A stretch of 57,151 bases of DNA, taken from a virus. Positions 8,123 through 16,906 of this stretch are shown here, piece after piece (the first letter of the stretch is position 1; each line of letters opens with the position of its first letter). The position numbers and the translations under genes were made by a program. Below the pieces are notes generated by a model. It was not told the DNA's origin and ran no database searches. It worked only from the letters and a program-made list of their open reading frames with translations. The stretch is from the IMG/VR virus record IMGVR_UViG_3300035211_000082, positions 1 to 57,151 of that record; one strand, given 5' to 3'.

Positions 8123-8138
8123 CCGGCAAACAAAGAAC
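8123..8138 (+). repeat. CCGGCAAA motif copy
   Basis: ccggcaaacaaagaac, 23 nt after the stop of 7546..8100. Confidence 0.8.
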
Positions 8139-8151
8139 TAACTATTAATTA

Positions 8152-8185
8152 AAAGACTAGGCAATCTATAACCTAGTCTTTTCTT
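8152..8185. terminator. Bidirectional hairpin terminator; copy 1 of a 34-bp direct repeat
   Basis: aaagactaggcaatctataacctagtcttttctt; stem gactagg/cctagtc with A-run before and T-run after; identical to 9225..9258. Confidence 0.75.
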
Positions 8186-8187
8186 AC

Positions 8188-9060
8188 TTACTTTGATTTT
8201 AATATTCCAATTCTTACAGCCTCATTTAATGGCAATATATCAGCTAATAAAGCTATATTTTCATGCATCTTATCACGCTTTAATAATGTATCGGCATCAG
8301 CCTTTTGCCAATCGTCCCAATATTCTATACCGCAGGCAGATTTTATATCTTTTGATACAGATTTTATATAATTCTGAAACTCTCTTTTGTTTGGACACTT
8401 ATCCCATAATGCTCCAGACATTTTTTTGAAAGAATCTCCACTTTTATTTCTATATTTTATTAAATAATCATATAGCCATTCATATGTTTCTATCTTTAAT
8501 TTAGGGCTAATTGCCAAGGCGATATCAATAAATAAATATGGATGCACCCAAGTATGTGCACTTCTGCCGCGACCTTTAATTATTGGATTACCATATTTAA
8601 ATGTTAATTCGTCAATGAATTCTTTCGTAGATTTTTGAGTTAACCATAATGATAAATTAAAATCTGATAATTCATTATTTCTACGCCATTTATTTCCAGC
8701 CTTAACTAAATCTGTAGCACTAAAAAATTCGCTTTTAGATTTAGTAATTGAATTTATTTTTACATTAAATATCATATATTTACTATTTAATGGAATATCA
8801 TTTAAAACATTATTTATTGTTTTTTTTATTTTATTAATGTCTATTTTAAACCATTCACCTTTTGTATTATATTCCATCAATCTGTTATGTATTATTGATT
8901 CGTTTTCAAAACAATTATTTATTGAATCTACACAATAAACAAGACTTAAGCTTTGTCCGATAGCAGCCTCTATCGATCGTTTTCTTTTTTCTATATTGTT
9001 TGTGGCTCCTATTTTGTATAATCCATTTTTTTCGTTAAATAAAACATATATTTTATTCAT
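8188..9060 (-). CDS. T5orf172 (GIY-YIG-like) domain fused to KilA-N DNA-binding domain
   Basis: N-term IYVLFNEKNGLYKIGATNNIEKRKRSIE...GEWF; C-half SAHTWVHPYLFIDIALAISPKLKIETYEWLYD is KilA-N-like. Confidence 0.6.
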   Translation of the reverse strand: MNKIYVLFNEKNGLYKIGATNNIEKRKRSIEAAIGQSLSLVYCVDSINNCFENESIIHNRLMEYNTKGEWFKIDINKIKKTINNVLNDIPLNSKYMIFNVKINSITKSKSEFFSATDLVKAGNKWRRNNELSDFNLSLWLTQKSTKEFIDELTFKYGNPIIKGRGRSAHTWVHPYLFIDIALAISPKLKIETYEWLYDYLIKYRNKSGDSFKKMSGALWDKCPNKREFQNYIKSVSKDIKSACGIEYWDDWQKADADTLLKRDKMHENIALLADILPLNEAVRIGILKSK

Positions 9061-9122
9061 GTCAATCTCCTTAAAACATTTATTTTATGCACAATTTAAA
9101 AATATAGTACTTATTAATATAT

Positions 9123-9151
9123 ATTATATAAAATATATTGATAAGTGTCAA
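9123..9151 (-). promoter_or_regulatory. consensus promoter TTGACA-N17-TATAAT for 8188..9060
   Basis: minus strand: ttgacacttatcaatatattttatataat; the -35 lies in the second of two agtgtcaagatat direct repeats. Confidence 0.55.
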
Positions 9152-9224
9152 GATATTAAATAGTGTCAAGATATAAATATTTTTAAAAAAGGTCAATAGC
9201 TTTTCCATTATAAATACATGTTAT

Positions 9225-9258
9225 AAAGACTAGGCAATCTATAACCTAGTCTTTTCTT
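9225..9258. terminator. Copy 2 of the 34-bp terminator repeat
   Basis: identical to 8152..8185; lies after the LPXTG gene. Confidence 0.75.
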
Positions 9259-9328
9259 GAATTAACTTTCATATAATATTTTTAATAGGGAGAAGCTTTA
9301 AAACAGAACCTCTATTTATATTATATCA

Positions 9329-10426
9329 TTATTTCATATATTTATTGATAACTTTTTTTCTCAAAAGTATTCCACCGCCAACAAATACAATCAAAGCACC
9401 AATTGCGAAAAAAACATAATCTAATGTTGAGTCTTCGCCAGTTTTAGGCAAGCCGCCAGAGTAAACAGTTTTGTCATCTTTGGATGAATTACTTGTGTTA
9501 CTCGATTCGCTTAAATCACTTGACTCATTAGAACCTGAATTATAAGAATAATCATAATTGCTTGTTGAATTGTAAGTATTCTCTTCTTTGCTGGAGTCGT
9601 TATTGACCGTAACAACTTCTTCTTTCTTAATTTTTACATATTTTCCTTTGTGCTGCCACTTATTATATTTGAATAAATAACCGCTATGCCATTTACAAGA
9701 TTTCTTTACATAAATACCAAATTTCATACATTTTAGCTTATGCCAATCCTTGGTATCTTCTGTTTTAATAATTTCTTCTTTGCCATCAACAATTTTGAAC
9801 TGAATAGTACATTTCAAAACTTTTTCTGCAAACATTACCGAATATCCAGCATATTTACCGCTAGTAATTTTATATCCAGTTATATATATTTCTTTTACTC
9901 CAACAATTTCATCAACAGCTTCCACACCTTCAACGGCTTCAGTGATCGTAACCTTAGTTACTTTAACATTAACTGTAAAACTTGCTCCACCATTAAATTC
10001 ATTGTCAGCTTGATTTGTAGATTCATCAAGCACGATAACATTGTTGCCTTCTACTAAATCGTTCTTTGCAACATGAATAGTATAACTTGGACTAGTTCTA
10101 GTTGCCTCTACATAAATATCAGGTATTTCATTTTCAAAAGGATCTGATTCTGTATTTTCTGTAACTTCTTTATCGTTAAATTTAACATCATATATCCAGC
10201 TATTATCAATGGCTGTTTGATTTGGCGTTATAGAATAATTTATAGTATATCCAATAACTTCATCGACAGCTTCTACACCTTCAACACCAGCAACATATTC
10301 CTGAGTTATATTTTCTTCCTCAATAAATTCACCATTACTCCCCTTATGTCCCGAAGCAAAGACTCCAGCAAAAGAAACAAATAAGAATAACATTATAATT
10401 GTTGAACTAATTATCTTTTTTAACAT
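9329..10426 (-). CDS. secreted LPXTG cell-wall-anchored surface protein
   Basis: signal peptide MLKKIISSTIIMLFLFVSFAGVFA; C-term LPKTGEDS + hydrophobic stretch + RKK; internal repeat VEGVEAVDE(V/I) twice. Confidence 0.75.
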   Translation of the reverse strand: MLKKIISSTIIMLFLFVSFAGVFASGHKGSNGEFIEEENITQEYVAGVEGVEAVDEVIGYTINYSITPNQTAIDNSWIYDVKFNDKEVTENTESDPFENEIPDIYVEATRTSPSYTIHVAKNDLVEGNNVIVLDESTNQADNEFNGGASFTVNVKVTKVTITEAVEGVEAVDEIVGVKEIYITGYKITSGKYAGYSVMFAEKVLKCTIQFKIVDGKEEIIKTEDTKDWHKLKCMKFGIYVKKSCKWHSGYLFKYNKWQHKGKYVKIKKEEVVTVNNDSSKEENTYNSTSNYDYSYNSGSNESSDLSESSNTSNSSKDDKTVYSGGLPKTGEDSTLDYVFFAIGALIVFVGGGILLRKKVINKYMK

Positions 10427-10448
10427 TTATAAATCTCCTCCATTTTTT

Positions 10449-10814
10449 TTATTTTATATATTTGCCTTGAACATTTCTTTTTTGCTTGTTCAAAGTTCTT
10501 TTTCTTAACCACATTAAAGATTCTTCTAATTTTGTTATAGCTACAGCATTTTCTCTACATCTAAAATCAGAATTCTGAAAATTTTCAAGACGATTAATGC
10601 AGATCGCAATTAAATCTTCCATAAAAATACCATTTAGTCCAGCTTCTTTAACTCCGCCTTGTTGAAAATGTACTTTGCAAAGCATATTATTATTATCATT
10701 TTGCAAAATCTCATAATCATGAGGTGCATTAAATTGAATACTGTCATTGTCTATGACTATATGAGTATTATCAGTTGTTATTAAATCATGTTCTAATTTT
10801 GAATATTTATCCAT
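10449..10814 (-). CDS. conserved phage protein of unknown function
   Basis: 121 aa; ggaggattaaa ATG; C-terminal FQNSDFRCRENAVAITKLEESLMWL, a motif I recall from many phage hypotheticals. Confidence 0.55.
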   Translation of the reverse strand: MDKYSKLEHDLITTDNTHIVIDNDSIQFNAPHDYEILQNDNNNMLCKVHFQQGGVKEAGLNGIFMEDLIAICINRLENFQNSDFRCRENAVAITKLEESLMWLRKRTLNKQKRNVQGKYIK

Positions 10815-10870
10815 TTTAATCCTCCAATAAATTTACTTATTTTAAAAATTTAGATTATATTATATCATGT

Positions 10871-11113
10871 TCATAATCTATTAACAATGTCAAATTTTAA
10901 CTTAACAACGTTGTCTTTATTTTTAAGTAGCATAACAAGAAAATCGACTTGTCTATCATTTAAGTACACAGCCTCAAAAGGCCTACCAGGAGTTGAAACC
11001 TTTTGAGACTTAATTTTACCTAATTTTTTAAAATATTTTAAATATAATTCTATTGCTCTTATTACAGTGCAATGTCTTATATTTAGTTTTTTTGATAGTT
11101 CTATTGAATTCAT
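10871..11113 (-). CDS. small HTH DNA-binding protein
   Basis: 80 aa; ELSKKLNIRHCTVIRAIE helix-turn-helix-like. Confidence 0.5.
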   Translation of the reverse strand: MNSIELSKKLNIRHCTVIRAIELYLKYFKKLGKIKSQKVSTPGRPFEAVYLNDRQVDFLVMLLKNKDNVVKLKFDIVNRL

Positions 11114-11508
11114 CTAAATCTAAATCCTTTTAGTTTTAATTGTGCTATTATTTCATTTGCTATCATATCTGAAGAATTTTTTATAATAATATCTTTTATT
11201 TCATTTTGTAATATTTTAATAGTTGATTGATCTTTATTTTCAATTTCAACATTTACAGGCATAACAATGCCATTATTAGGCATATCATTCAATGCATTTA
11301 CTAGATGCTTTTCAAAATCTTCTTGTTTAGCATCCATTATATTAATATCAATATCGTCATGCCATTCAAACTCTTTGCTTTCAACAACTTTTAGACAATT
11401 TATATTTAAATACTTATCATTGTCAAACAAGTCTTCTATTTGATTTTTGTCAAATCCCTCATCATCATGATCTATTATATATCCACTTATCTTTAATATT
11501 TTTGCCAT
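11110..11508 (-). CDS. hypothetical protein (132 aa from internal ATG)
   Basis: aaggtggataattaaa ATG GCA (MAKILKISGY...); the track start is further upstream. Confidence 0.5.
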   Translation of the reverse strand: MAKILKISGYIIDHDDEGFDKNQIEDLFDNDKYLNINCLKVVESKEFEWHDDIDINIMDAKQEDFEKHLVNALNDMPNNGIVMPVNVEIENKDQSTIKILQNEIKDIIIKNSSDMIANEIIAQLKLKGFRFR

Positions 11509-11544
11509 TTTAATTATCCACCTTATCCACAAAGTTATTAACAA

Positions 11545-11727
11545 CTACAATCTATCAGTCAAACTTACAAATGCTTGCAAATAACCTATTAAATTAATAA
11601 TCTCATGATTGCTTAAAATATTCAAGCCATTATGATTATTGTAATTGTCCTTGGAATAATTCTTTAAAAATTCTATTGCTTTACCAACATCATTAAATCT
11701 TTCTGTTTCAAATGTTATATTATCCAT
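11545..11727 (-). CDS. hypothetical protein (60 aa)
   Basis: ORF in gene string. Confidence 0.45.
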   Translation of the reverse strand: MDNITFETERFNDVGKAIEFLKNYSKDNYNNHNGLNILSNHEIINLIGYLQAFVSLTDRL

Positions 11728-11813
11728 AATTCCCCTTCCTCTATTTTGCTAATTTCGAATTCTTCATCTTTATTTTTAGCATCTTTAATTTTGTCTTTTT
11801 GATATTTGTTCAT
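11715..11813 (-). CDS. possible 32-aa Lys/Glu-rich ORF
   Basis: MNKYQKDKIKDAKNKDEEFEISKIEEGELWII; ATGA overlaps on both sides. Confidence 0.3.
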   Translation of the reverse strand: MNKYQKDKIKDAKNKDEEFEISKIEEGELWII

Positions 11814-11962
11814 TTAAATCTTCCATTATCTTTCTTATTTGCATTATCTGATTTTATGTCATCTTTAATTTTATTATTTAAATTCTTAACATATTTTTCA
11901 TTATCATCTTTTTTATATTTATAAACACTATCTTCTTTATCTGATTTTCTAAAAAAACTCAT
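11810..11962 (-). CDS. possible 50-aa Lys-rich ORF
   Basis: ggaggattaaaa ATG; MSFFRKSDKEDSVYKYKKDD... Confidence 0.4.
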   Translation of the reverse strand: MSFFRKSDKEDSVYKYKKDDNEKYVKNLNNKIKDDIKSDNANKKDNGRFK

Positions 11963-12155
11963 TTTTAATCCTCCAAATCATTTTGTATTTTATTTTGATA
12001 GTAACAAAATTTAACAAAATCTTGCTAATTACATTTTTTTTAAGTTGATTTTATCCTAACAATCACATGCCAGTTACATTTGCTAGATATGATTATAACT
12101 AGTTAGCAGCTAGTTTCTTTAAGTTGCTAAGTTAAAATAATCACATTAATTTAAA

Positions 12156-12542
12156 TCATGCAAAATCATCCTGGCCATCAAATTTTTTGTCCTTAGCAAT
12201 ATTTTCATTTTTGCTAACTACATTTTTGTCTTTAGCAATCTTATCGCCTTCATTCCAGTTTAATAACTTTTTCTTAAGTTCTATTTCTTTCTCAATATCT
12301 TCTTCCGAAATATTAAATACAATTTTTAAACTTTCAAATGTCATAAGCACGTGAGACATTTCGGTAACAACTTTTTCCTTAAGCTTTTCAATTGATAATT
12401 CTCCAGGCTTAGTCTGGCTCTTGATCAATACATCTAAAAGCTCGACAAGTTCTTCAGTACATTTATTTATTTGTACCCTTGATCCATTTTTCCTCACTAG
12501 CTTACTGTAAAAATCAATATTGCTATTTTCATTATTATCCAT
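12156..12542 (-). CDS. MazG-like nucleotide pyrophosphohydrolase (tentative)
   Basis: 128 aa, all-helical; INKCTEELVELLDVL...VTEMSHVL resembles the MazG EExxE/helix pattern. Confidence 0.4.
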   Translation of the reverse strand: MDNNENSNIDFYSKLVRKNGSRVQINKCTEELVELLDVLIKSQTKPGELSIEKLKEKVVTEMSHVLMTFESLKIVFNISEEDIEKEIELKKKLLNWNEGDKIAKDKNVVSKNENIAKDKKFDGQDDFA

Positions 12543-12596
12543 TATTTTATACCATGCTTTCTTTTATACATATCAACAATGTTAGAATCTAGAAAT

Positions 12597-12818
12597 TTAG
12601 AAATCATTTTTAATACTTAGCTCCGGCAAAAGAGAACAAGCTATTGTAGTAGTAGGTTCATTGCAATATGGCTGAACTGGAGTAATTGGATATACTGGTG
12701 TAACAGCAACATCATCAACTCCAACACATTTCTTAAAAATTTGATCTAATTCCATATCGTTACATTGTTTTATGTATTGTATTATATATTCTTTCTTTAA
12801 TTCATTTAATTTATTCAT
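12597..12818 (-). CDS. hypothetical protein (73 aa)
   Basis: ORF; contains a motif copy at 12623. Confidence 0.45.
   Translation of the reverse strand: MNKLNELKKEYIIQYIKQCNDMELDQIFKKCVGVDDVAVTPVYPITPVQPYCNEPTTTIACSLLPELSIKNDF
12623..12638 (+). repeat. CCGGCAAA motif copy (inside CDS)
   Basis: ccggcaaaagagaaca. Confidence 0.8.
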
Positions 12819-12884
12819 TTAATTCACCCCATCTTAATCATCCTTATTTTAATTATTTTAATTATATGATACAATTATATAGAA

Positions 12885-13064
12885 TAGTGAATTTATTTGC
12901 AAACTAGAAAAAGTAAGCAGAATTTCACTATTTAGATAATGAGTAGGTTCGACTCCTACCAGGAACATTATCGAAAAATCGTGACACGACTCGAGAGTGG
13001 ATCATGTGATCAGGTTAAGTCGCCAGGTTTCTTAACCATAAAAGATCAAAACCTGGCTTTATTT
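12885..13064 (+). ncRNA. candidate plus-strand ncRNA with a second tRNA-like T-arm, in a gap between minus-strand genes
   Basis: hairpin agtgaa..ttcact (12887-12929); GTAGG-TTCGACT-CCTAC (12943-12959) then caggaac; palindrome gatcaTGtgatc; plus-oriented terminator at the end. Promoter unclear. Confidence 0.35.
13022..13064 (+). terminator. plus-strand intrinsic terminator
   Basis: gccaggttt-N18-aaacctggc followed by tttattt; the T-run is present only on the plus strand. Confidence 0.55.
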
Positions 13065-13151
13065 ATATATAAACAAAGCTTAATAATCTTATATATAAAT
13101 ATCTATATATAAGAAAATCGCCAAAAACTTATATAAGAAAATTAGATCTAC

Positions 13152-13748
13152 CTATTTCTTTTCTTTGTCGGTATCGTCAGAGCTATCAACCTTATCTTTT
13201 ACATTTTTCTTGCTATCATTACCCTTGCTAGCGTTATCCGTAGCAGCTTTCAAAAACTTCTTATTATTAAATCCTTTTGCAATTTTATCCAATTCTTTCT
13301 TAAGATCATCAATAGCATCCTTGTCAACTCTCTTAAAAAACTCTGGATTAAGATTACACAAAGCAAATATAAGCAACGTAGCTTGCGGTCTAGCATACTT
13401 TTTATACTTAGTTTCTCTTCGCTTACTTATAATAAACTCTTTTTCTCCATTATTGGTAGAACTATCATATTTAGGATTTCTGACCTCTTCTTTATATTCG
13501 ACAATTTCTTCATACTCATATCCTTTAGCCTCTTGCCATAAACTTTTTTTCAAGTTAGACACTAATTTCTCTTTGGACGCAGCTAGGACTCTTACCAAGT
13601 CTGGGTTAGAGCGTTTATGGCTTTGTAATGTACTATAACCAACGTTTAACTTATCAGCTATTTGCCTCTCTGTAAACCCTTGTTGCCTCCAGTCTTTTAT
13701 TAAATGTAATTTATCAGCTATATGAGTATCATACTTGCTTTTCCCCAT
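13152..13748 (-). CDS. HTH-domain protein, terminase-small-subunit-like or regulator
   Basis: 198 aa; QGFTERQIADKLNVGYSTLQSHKR HTH, then KKSLWQEAKGYEYEE as in many small terminase subunits; not adjacent to terL. Confidence 0.35.
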   Translation of the reverse strand: MGKSKYDTHIADKLHLIKDWRQQGFTERQIADKLNVGYSTLQSHKRSNPDLVRVLAASKEKLVSNLKKSLWQEAKGYEYEEIVEYKEEVRNPKYDSSTNNGEKEFIISKRRETKYKKYARPQATLLIFALCNLNPEFFKRVDKDAIDDLKKELDKIAKGFNNKKFLKAATDNASKGNDSKKNVKDKVDSSDDTDKEKK

Positions 13749-13862
13749 GCAGTCTCAATCCTCCGTATTATGGTATTATTACACTATTATATCACACTTA
13801 AAAAATTACAAAAATGTAAAATTATTATAAGCACATATTAATATGTTATGGTATAATGATAT

Positions 13863-13962
13863 TGATATTTCATGCATGATAATTCATGTTTTTAATTCTC
13901 CAATAATGCTTGGGCGATAAAGCATTACATAAAAAATAGGTACTTGATAGGTACCTATTTTT
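13863..13962 (+). ncRNA. possible ~100-nt plus-strand sRNA
   Basis: extended -10 tgGTATAAT at 13848-13856; hairpin aatgctt-gggcgat-aagcatt; ends at the 13936 terminator. Confidence 0.25.
13936..13962. terminator. bidirectional intrinsic terminator
   Basis: aaaaa-ataggtac-ttgatag-gtacctat-tttt; 8-bp perfect stem. Confidence 0.65.
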
Positions 13963-14080
13963 GTTCTATTACTGTTTCTGTATTTCCGCATTTATTGCAT
14001 TTATATATAATTATATAATAACCATCTTTGTAATCTATATCTGATACTTCCATGTCTTCACCGCAACATTTATTTTCCAT
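13955..14080 (-). CDS. zinc-ribbon mini-protein (41 aa; not in ORF track)
   Basis: MENKCCGEDMEVSDIDYKDGYYIIIYKCNKCGNTETVIEQK; start abuts the stop of 14081..14296. Confidence 0.45.
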   Translation of the reverse strand: MENKCCGEDMEVSDIDYKDGYYIIIYKCNKCGNTETVIEQK

Positions 14081-14296
14081 TTAAAACGGTTCTACAAAGT
14101 TATCAATTGCCTCTTGTCTTAATATTTCTAACTCAATCATTCTTGCTAGTCTTGAGTCCTTAAGATCGATTGTGTGCCATTCTCCATCAATTTGGCTATA
14201 AATTTCTTCTGGCTCAGTATCAAATATTTCTTGATTGTTGATTTCTAAATTTTCTAAATTTTCTAAATTTTCTTTATTTGGATCAGCGCTTAGCAT
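14081..14296 (-). CDS. hypothetical acidic protein (71 aa)
   Basis: gggaggatattatt ATG. Confidence 0.5.
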   Translation of the reverse strand: MLSADPNKENLENLENLEINNQEIFDTEPEEIYSQIDGEWHTIDLKDSRLARMIELEILRQEAIDNFVEPF

Positions 14297-14334
14297 AATA
14301 ATATCCTCCCGATAAAATAATTTACTATAAATAT

Positions 14335-14363
14335 ATTATATAGCATTGTATTTTAAAAGTCAA
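14335..14363 (-). promoter_or_regulatory. member of the conserved promoter family TTGACT-N17-TATAAT
   Basis: minus strand: ttgacttttaaaatacaatgctatataat. Confidence 0.6.
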
Positions 14364-14425
14364 CTATATAGATTAATTAAATTATAAATTATTAAAAAAA
14401 ATTAGATTAGATAATTAATTGCATG

Positions 14426-14453
14426 TTCTTTCTTTTGCCGGCAAAGGAGTTCA
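14426..14453. repeat. Dyad motif TTTGCCGGCAAA
   Basis: ttctttcttttgccggcaaaggagttca; 32 nt after the stop of 14477..15211. Confidence 0.85.
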
Positions 14454-14476
14454 CATGTACAAAATAGAGGTGAATA

Positions 14477-15211
14477 TTATTTCAATTGTGTAAGTTCTAA
14501 ATTAGGAATAATTTCCTTAACTCCTAAACTATTGCTTAAGTCAATAACTCTTTTTTTAGCTAATTGAAAAATGTCTTTATAAAACATTTCTTTGTCCATA
14601 CCTTCAATAAGAGCTTGCCTTACAATCATATCAGCTACTGTAATTTTATTTAGTTGCTGAATATTTAATATTTCTCTAACATTTGTGAACTTTTCTTTTA
14701 TTATAAAAAATGCTTGATTCTCCATTTTACTTATTGCCATATAATATTTGTTGGCTGATTTACTACCTTGTTTTGTGGCATATTCTACAAATATTTTTAT
14801 TACATCCGTTTCTTGTATTCTACCTATTTTTGATTGATTCCTAGTTTCTAAGTAATGTCGATTTGCTTTTTGCGTTTTTTGTTCAAGTATCCATTTGCGC
14901 ATTTGAACAAATTGTTTAGATATTTCCATTTTGGCCTTCATGACAGTGTCAATTTCGTTTGCCTTTGTTCTCATATTAGTTATTAAAAAAATATATTGTT
15001 CTTCGTTAAGATAAAAAACTTTTGAAGTCCCACCACCAATATTATCCTTTTTTGGAACACTTTGAAATGACAGGACCCCCAAAATTTCTAATTCTTTTTT
15101 GTATTTATTTACCAAATTATATATTACTCTATGTTGCCTATTTAATTTTTCTGCTAAAATTTTTGTTGACACATAAATAGTTTCATTTTTTACATTTAAT
15201 AAATTACTCAC
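14477..15211 (-). CDS. Rha-family phage regulatory protein / antirepressor
   Basis: 244 aa; VSTKILAEKLNRQHRVIYNLVNKY...KVFYLNEEQYIFLITNMR, typical Rha N-domain. Confidence 0.65.
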   Translation of the reverse strand: MSNLLNVKNETIYVSTKILAEKLNRQHRVIYNLVNKYKKELEILGVLSFQSVPKKDNIGGGTSKVFYLNEEQYIFLITNMRTKANEIDTVMKAKMEISKQFVQMRKWILEQKTQKANRHYLETRNQSKIGRIQETDVIKIFVEYATKQGSKSANKYYMAISKMENQAFFIIKEKFTNVREILNIQQLNKITVADMIVRQALIEGMDKEMFYKDIFQLAKKRVIDLSNSLGVKEIIPNLELTQLK

Positions 15212-15319
15212 AAAATCACCTCGACTATATTATAAAGTAATTACTTTATAATGTCAATGTTCGCAAAAAATAGCACGCCACCAACGACGCACTATCTAAG
15301 CTACTTACTATTATAACAC

Positions 15320-15610
15320 TTAACTTGCATTTTTAATTTCCTCATCAACCAACAATCTGCCTGACTCAAGACCATCAGTAGCATATTCAACTTTCTCATA
15401 AAAGCTCATGCCCCAAGTCTTTTTACTAACCCATCGTTGCCAAAAAGTTTGCATACTTTTTTGAGTAGCTATATTTGTTTCACCAACTAGAACATATTGC
15501 TTTATAGATTCACAATAATAGCAATATGGTATATTTCTATTGCTAGGCTGTAATTTCTTGTAATGCAATGGTTGGCCTTTTCTTAACCTCTTTTTGTTTC
15601 CTCTAGTCAT
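15320..15610 (-). CDS. hypothetical protein (96 aa from internal ATG)
   Basis: ggaggataaaaca ATG ACT (MTRGNKKRL...). Confidence 0.5.
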   Translation of the reverse strand: MTRGNKKRLRKGQPLHYKKLQPSNRNIPYCYYCESIKQYVLVGETNIATQKSMQTFWQRWVSKKTWGMSFYEKVEYATDGLESGRLLVDEEIKNAS

Positions 15611-15614
15611 TGTT

Positions 15615-15719
15615 TTATCCTCCAATCAATGATTCAATTATAAAATATGCTAAAAGTGAATATATAAATATTAACAAAATAATACATAATATTCGCATTT
15701 TTTTATCATTTAATTTCAT
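15615..15719 (-). CDS. 34-aa membrane peptide (not in ORF track)
   Basis: taggaggattaaaat ATG; MKLNDKKMRILCIILLIFIYSLLAYFIIESLIGG. Confidence 0.4.
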   Translation of the reverse strand: MKLNDKKMRILCIILLIFIYSLLAYFIIESLIGG

Positions 15720-15737
15720 ATTTTAATCCTCCTAAAT

Positions 15738-16325
15738 TTACAAATGCGTTAACATAAAATTTCTTAAGAAATATTTAATATTTCCTAATATAAATTGTCC
15801 TGACAGCCATTTGTTTTCTATAAAATTGAACTGTAAATTATATTCTGTCATCCTAGAATACATCATAGTCCTAATACATTGCTTTGTATCTTTTATTTTT
15901 TTGTTGACATCTTTGTATCTATCTGGATTAGGTTTTATGCGATAATTGCCTACAAGTAAATCATTAAGGCTGCCATCCTCAATAAATATACTAAATTGTA
16001 GCAATTCTTGACCTCTTAGTATTTCGCGCTCAAACCTTCCGGCAAAAAGAGAACTAATCAATTCTTGTATACCGTTTTTTCTTTCAAGTGCGAAATAATC
16101 AGAGAAATTGGTTTTATCATAAATAAAACTATAATCTCCAGTATTCAAATGCGTTATTTCATAGTTGACACATATCTTTTTAAAATAATCTAATATATGA
16201 CTATTTTCTTTTTCTTGCTGATCAACTAATACAATGACATCATTAACAAAACTTTCTAATATTTTGTTAATCCTTCTTTTGTGTTTATCGATCTTTTTTT
16301 GCTCATCTTTATCTTTAGAGATCAT
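15738..16325 (-). CDS. ERCC4/XPF-type nuclease (junction resolvase-like)
   Basis: HLNTGDYSF ... FALERKNGIQELISSLFAGRF = GDY...ERK...S..GR pattern; ATG at 16325 overlaps the upstream stop. Confidence 0.55.
   Translation of the reverse strand: MISKDKDEQKKIDKHKRRINKILESFVNDVIVLVDQQEKENSHILDYFKKICVNYEITHLNTGDYSFIYDKTNFSDYFALERKNGIQELISSLFAGRFEREILRGQELLQFSIFIEDGSLNDLLVGNYRIKPNPDRYKDVNKKIKDTKQCIRTMMYSRMTEYNLQFNFIENKWLSGQFILGNIKYFLRNFMLTHL
16039..16054 (+). repeat. CCGGCAAA motif copy (inside CDS)
   Basis: ccggcaaaaagagaac. Confidence 0.8.
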
Positions 16326-16608
16326 AAAGAAGAATCCTTTCCCATCCTTCCTTATTGTTAAATTTGTCACTTTTCCAAATCTCGAATGACTTCTTATTAT
16401 TTTTATAAAAAATCACATGATTGCCTTTATGTTCGACAGTTATAACATGTTGCCACATGTCAAATATTTTATATTTTCCAGCTATTGCTTGAAAATCTCT
16501 ATTATAAATAAGTTTATGAACATTAGTTTGATATTGATATCTGTTCATAAACTTTTCTTTATCATCTTTTTTGAATATATTAAATATCTTTGTTAAAAGT
16601 TTCATCAA
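16315..16608 (-). CDS. hypothetical protein (97 aa)
   Basis: ORF in gene string. Confidence 0.5.
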   Translation of the reverse strand: MMKLLTKIFNIFKKDDKEKFMNRYQYQTNVHKLIYNRDFQAIAGKYKIFDMWQHVITVEHKGNHVIFYKNNKKSFEIWKSDKFNNKEGWERILLYDL

Positions 16609-16609
16609 A

Positions 16610-16906
16610 TTATATCCTTTCTATTACCAAATATTTTTGGTTTTCTATATATAATTTTACTAATCCTTCGATAAATAATTCAGAAGGTATAAGTATCTTA
16701 TAAATACCTTTGCCATTTAAAGTTACAGTAGAAGTATAATTTGATTTATCGCATTTACTTACTATTATTTTACATTTATCTCTCCTTAGGTATAAAACAT
16801 CATTGTATTTTATACCTAACTTACCACATATTTTAGCCGGAAGAGGAATCTTTGAAGATACCCCTGAATATTTAGTCAGCCTTCTTATATACACTTTACT
16901 TGCCAT
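16610..16906 (-). CDS. AbrB/SpoVT-like DNA-binding protein
   Basis: 98 aa; SSKIPLPAKICGKLGIKYNDVLYL resembles the SpoVT-AbrB swapped hairpin. Confidence 0.45.
   Translation of the reverse strand: MASKVYIRRLTKYSGVSSKIPLPAKICGKLGIKYNDVLYLRRDKCKIIVSKCDKSNYTSTVTLNGKGIYKILIPSELFIEGLVKLYIENQKYLVIERI

Noticed and set aside
4548-12966. The two T-arm segments as attP cores for integration into host tRNA genes
   Set aside because: No integrase of any family is recognisable in the genome, so this is not supported. It is retained as an alternative inside the relevant findings.
12885-12967. Possible tRNA ending at T-arm 12943-12959
   Set aside because: The 17 nt upstream do not form an anticodon stem in any register tried. 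No gtt(c/t)(c/t)tg acceptor partner for caggaac exists upstream.
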